This document shows, piece by piece, positions 8,628 through 11,303 of a stretch of 11,303 nt of DNA. Origin of the DNA: Paraspadella gotoi (taxonomy: Eukaryota > Animalia > Chaetognatha); the NCBI GenBank assembly GCA_051294375.1, contig JBJCIZ010001152.1:1-11303 (forward strand). Direction: 5' to 3'. Both the position numbers and the translations under genes were made by a program. How positions within the stretch are numbered: position 1 is the first letter of the stretch; each line of letters starts with the position of its first letter. Below the pieces are notes generated by a model that made no database searches, was not told the origin of the DNA, and worked only from the letters and a program-made list of their open reading frames with translations.

Positions 8628-9357
8628 GGCGCCTAAATTCGCGTAATGATGCGTTAAAAACCGTCGAACTCTACTCGCTTTATGACGTCGAAGGGTCTCG
8701 CGTTATTACGGCGTGGCCTGGCGTGGCGTTCCATTGACGCTCTGCCTATGTCATCTTCCCAGCTGACATCTTGGGTTTTTCTATCATGAATTTTATTTTC
8801 CTGTAAAATTATCTCTGTCGCCATGCCACGTCATAATTCTGAGCTGTCAATTTATTGAATTTATGTTGACAGTTCATAAAGTTCATAGCAGAGAGCATCT
8901 CTGAATATGGTAATTGTTTTCTCTGTATCTTTATTAATTGAACTAAAGAAAATCAAAATATTTTGTTTACCCGCTCTACTTCTCGATGCAACATTTATTT
9001 GGTCATGCTTTGCGCCACCCAGCTGCGCTATCTGGCAACCCATCAAGCTGTGCTATCTTAGCAACGCCATCAAACTGCAGCCATCTAGAAATTGCCATCC
9101 ACCTGTTGCCATCTTAGCAACGCGCGAAGTCCTACTGCGCCATCTCGCAACGCTATCCAACTGCCGCCATCAAGCAACGCCAACCTGCTGAGCCATCTAG
9201 CAACACTATCCAGCTACGCCATCTAACAACGCTATCCAGCTGCGCCACCATGGCACTCCCTCTTTCTCGAGATCGTCGCTTAAGCGTCATAAACAGCGTT
9301 CGAGGCGTCGACTTAAACGCGAAACGTCTCTTCTTCGGCGAAAAGGAATTTATCGCC
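8628..9357. mobile_element. Possible decayed non-autonomous element: degenerate inverted repeats enclosing the 26-bp minisatellite
   Basis: Colinear patches match between 8628-8700 and the reverse complement of 9265-9357: GGCG(CC/A)TAAATTC, GCGTT(A/T)AA, TCGAAC(T/G)CT, TTTATGACG, TCTCG. No TSD identified. Confidence 0.35.
9013..9255. repeat. Higher-order minisatellite: ~9 x 26 bp made of alternating 13-bp subunits
   Basis: 18 subunits alternate between type B (CGCYATCCAGCTG) and type A (CGCCATCTAGCAA), e.g. 9217 cgccatctaacaa and 9230 cgctatccagctg. Confidence 0.92.
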
Positions 9358-9389
9358 GATTGAATTCAATTACCACCACCCTCGATCTG

Positions 9390-9700
9390 ACCTCCTCCTC
9401 CTTCCTCCTCCTCCTTCCTCTTCATCTCTCTCCCTTCCTTTCTGTCAACCCTCTTCTCCTTTTTTATCTTTAAATCCTCTCCTACTCAGAATTAATCTCT
9501 TTTGACTTCTTTGTCCACCTTGAAAACCACCCTTGCTTTTTTTTTTTTCTTTCTCTTTTCTTTCTCTTTCTATTCATCTTTTCTTCATTCAATTTCTTTC
9601 TTTTCCCCATTTCATTCTTCACTTTACGTTGTCAACGTTTCTCATCTCTTACCTTTCCCTTCTCTCAGCTCGAGAGTCTCACTTTCTATCGCTCCCTTTA
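9390..9700. repeat. Pyrimidine-rich tract with (CCT)n start
   Basis: cctcctcctccttcctcctcctcc, then T/C-dominated sequence. Confidence 0.75.
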
Positions 9701-9918
9701 ACCGCCTAGGTTTTTGGCACTATTTTCCAAAAAGCGGCCCAATTTGTTTTTTAATCCCTAAGCCTTATTTTAATTTTAATATATTTATAGTTTAATTTAT
9801 ATTAAAAATTTGATACAGTGACAACATCAAAATAATTAAATTAAGTCAACCCCCCCGAAACAGAAAAAACAAAAACAAACGTTAATAATAATGATACTCT
9901 ATGAAATTTAAAAAAAAT

Positions 9919-10155
9919 AACCTTAACATTTTTTAAAAAATCCTTAACCTTAATCCCTACCTCTGACCTGATCCTTCATTCCAAATCGCTAATCCTTAAA
10001 CCATAATTCTTAACTATTTTTGAAGCTCAAATGATTCGAACAAAGACGATGATGAGCACGAAAGATCCGAAGACGATAACGAAATCTTTAATAACTTTAA
10101 CCATATCCCTACAAATCCTTTTAAAACCTTAAAGCTAAACTTAATTCTAAATTTA
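9919..10155. repeat. Degenerate hexamer repeat (AACCTT/AATCCT/AACCCT-like)
   Basis: aatccttaaccttaatccctacc, aatccttaaaccataattcttaac and aaaaccttaaagctaaacttaattctaaa show ~6-bp periodicity, interrupted at about 10020-10080. Confidence 0.45.
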
Positions 10156-10194
10156 AGGCTGAAATGAGGCGCTTTCCGGAAAAGAAGGCCGGTT

Positions 10195-10382
10195 TATTTC
10201 TTTTTCCTCCCTATCTTTTTTTCACTTTCTCTTCACCTTTCTCCCTCCTCTTCCTCTCTACTTAATCTTCATCTCTCCTCGTCTCCCTCCCAAGTTCACC
10301 TCATTCATCTCCTCCCAACCGCCCTTGTTTTGTTTCTCCCTCCTCCTCCCCTACTGCTCCTCCTCCTCCCTCATCCCTCCCA
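10195..10382. repeat. Pyrimidine-rich (CCT/CT) tract
   Basis: Nearly all C/T, ending abruptly at the CpG-rich motif cluster. Confidence 0.8.
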
Positions 10383-10383
10383 T

Positions 10384-10440
10384 TGCGCCTGCGCGGGCGT
10401 TATTTAAAACAGAGTCACGTGGGAATGACTTCCGCGGTTT
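10384..10440. promoter_or_regulatory. Promoter/enhancer-like motif cluster
   Basis: TGCGCCTGCGC (NRF1-like, 10384-10394), TATTTAAAA (TATA-like, 10401-10409), GTCACGTG (E-box, 10414-10421) and ACTTCCG (ETS core, 10428-10434) fall within 51 bp. Confidence 0.4.
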
Positions 10441-11303
10441 CGTATGAGTCTCAACTCTAAGATCTCTTCGTCGCGTCTCTGTGGGAAAACTGTTCGGGTA
10501 AAGGATGAGATGGTTAAATCTAAAGGAGGCTCTGATGGGAGGAAAATAAATTATCGCTACAAGATATATTTTAAAGAATTATTCATGTCTGATTTGGATT
10601 TTTTGGATTGCTTGAGTCTGGAGTTAATCGAGTTCAATGCTGGATGGAGAAGTTAAATTGTGAAAAGTTAAATCTCATGATGTATATAATTTCCTTATAC
10701 CAAAATGACTTAGTTTACAAGTACATTATCATTCACTAAACTCGGACGTGCCCAACTAGTATTCACCTCCATAATTCACTTAAAAAGCTGCGTATGTGAA
10801 TAACATATATCATATAACATTCTAATAAGTCAAATTATAGACAACATACCATCTAGTGTAGAACATTAATTTGTAAGAAAAATTAATTTATGTTTTTAAT
10901 TCGCGCTAGCTACATTATTAAGTACTATCAACTAATCTACAGCCGTCAACCAAACATGACCTAGCTCAGCATTGACACGTCCAATGTACTTCGACACATC
11001 TCAAGACCCGATTGCTGTGCGACCAAAGGGCCACTCCTATTGAGCTCTTTATTAATCCTGAACTTTCACTTTATTTCATATATCGAATACTTGATTCACG
11101 AAATCTCTCAAATTTCAAATTTTTCATTTTCAATTTTTCATACTGCTTATTTATTATTAATAGTTTATTGCTTGTAAAAAATATTTATTCACCTTTAGTT
11201 TCAACACAATTATCTTGTTGTACATTACAAAAAATTTGATATTATCTCTTCAAGATGATCTCTCGTATCTCTCTCTTCTCTCTCTTGGTGGGTGGGTGTG
11301 GGT

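Noticed and set aside
8551-8645. Acceptor attacag at 8550 as the next + strand exon
   Set aside because: In the phase required by the 7759-7779 exon it stops after P-S-Y-S, and there is no convincing donor.
8654-8800. Minus-strand open frame after ttttacag (ENKIHDRKTQDVSWEDDIGRASMERHARPRRNNARPFDVIKRVEFDGF*)
   Set aside because: It is short, has no recognisable homology or upstream partner exon, and overlaps the inverted-repeat arm.
8907-9191. 94-aa ORF with a hydrophobic N-terminus
   Set aside because: It runs into the 26-bp minisatellite, whose period and indels do not preserve frame.
9013-9255. CRISPR array or RFX X-box interpretation of the minisatellite
   Set aside because: There are no unique spacers or cas genes and the context is eukaryotic. 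The best X-box-like site GTTGCC-ATCTT-AGCAAC (9105-9121) has too long a spacer.
10741-10762. Helitron 3' end (GC-rich patch then CTAG|T at 10756-10760)
   Set aside because: There is no proper 16-20 nt hairpin upstream of CTAG and no identifiable 5' end.

Overview
Eukaryotic, most likely invertebrate, genomic DNA that is mostly non-coding and low-complexity. TTTCAG/ATTCAG-type acceptors and abundant CpG hint at a nematode-like genome, but I cannot establish the species. I see no recognisable protein-coding gene, rRNA, tRNA, CRISPR array or transposase, and almost all supplied ORFs are translations of GA/CT/TCG tracts. The best-supported reading is intronic or upstream sequence of a large + strand gene. 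It has a GC-rich 120-nt candidate exon (1318-1437) and a phase-compatible 21-nt candidate microexon or alternative start exon (7759-7779). Around these lie microsatellites, a ~190-bp foldback MITE-like element (3200-3398), a 13/26-bp higher-order minisatellite (9013-9255) between decayed inverted repeats, two smaller degenerate minisatellites, and several clusters of regulatory-looking motifs. I did not find evidence for a new multi-gene system. The findings are structural leads read by eye.
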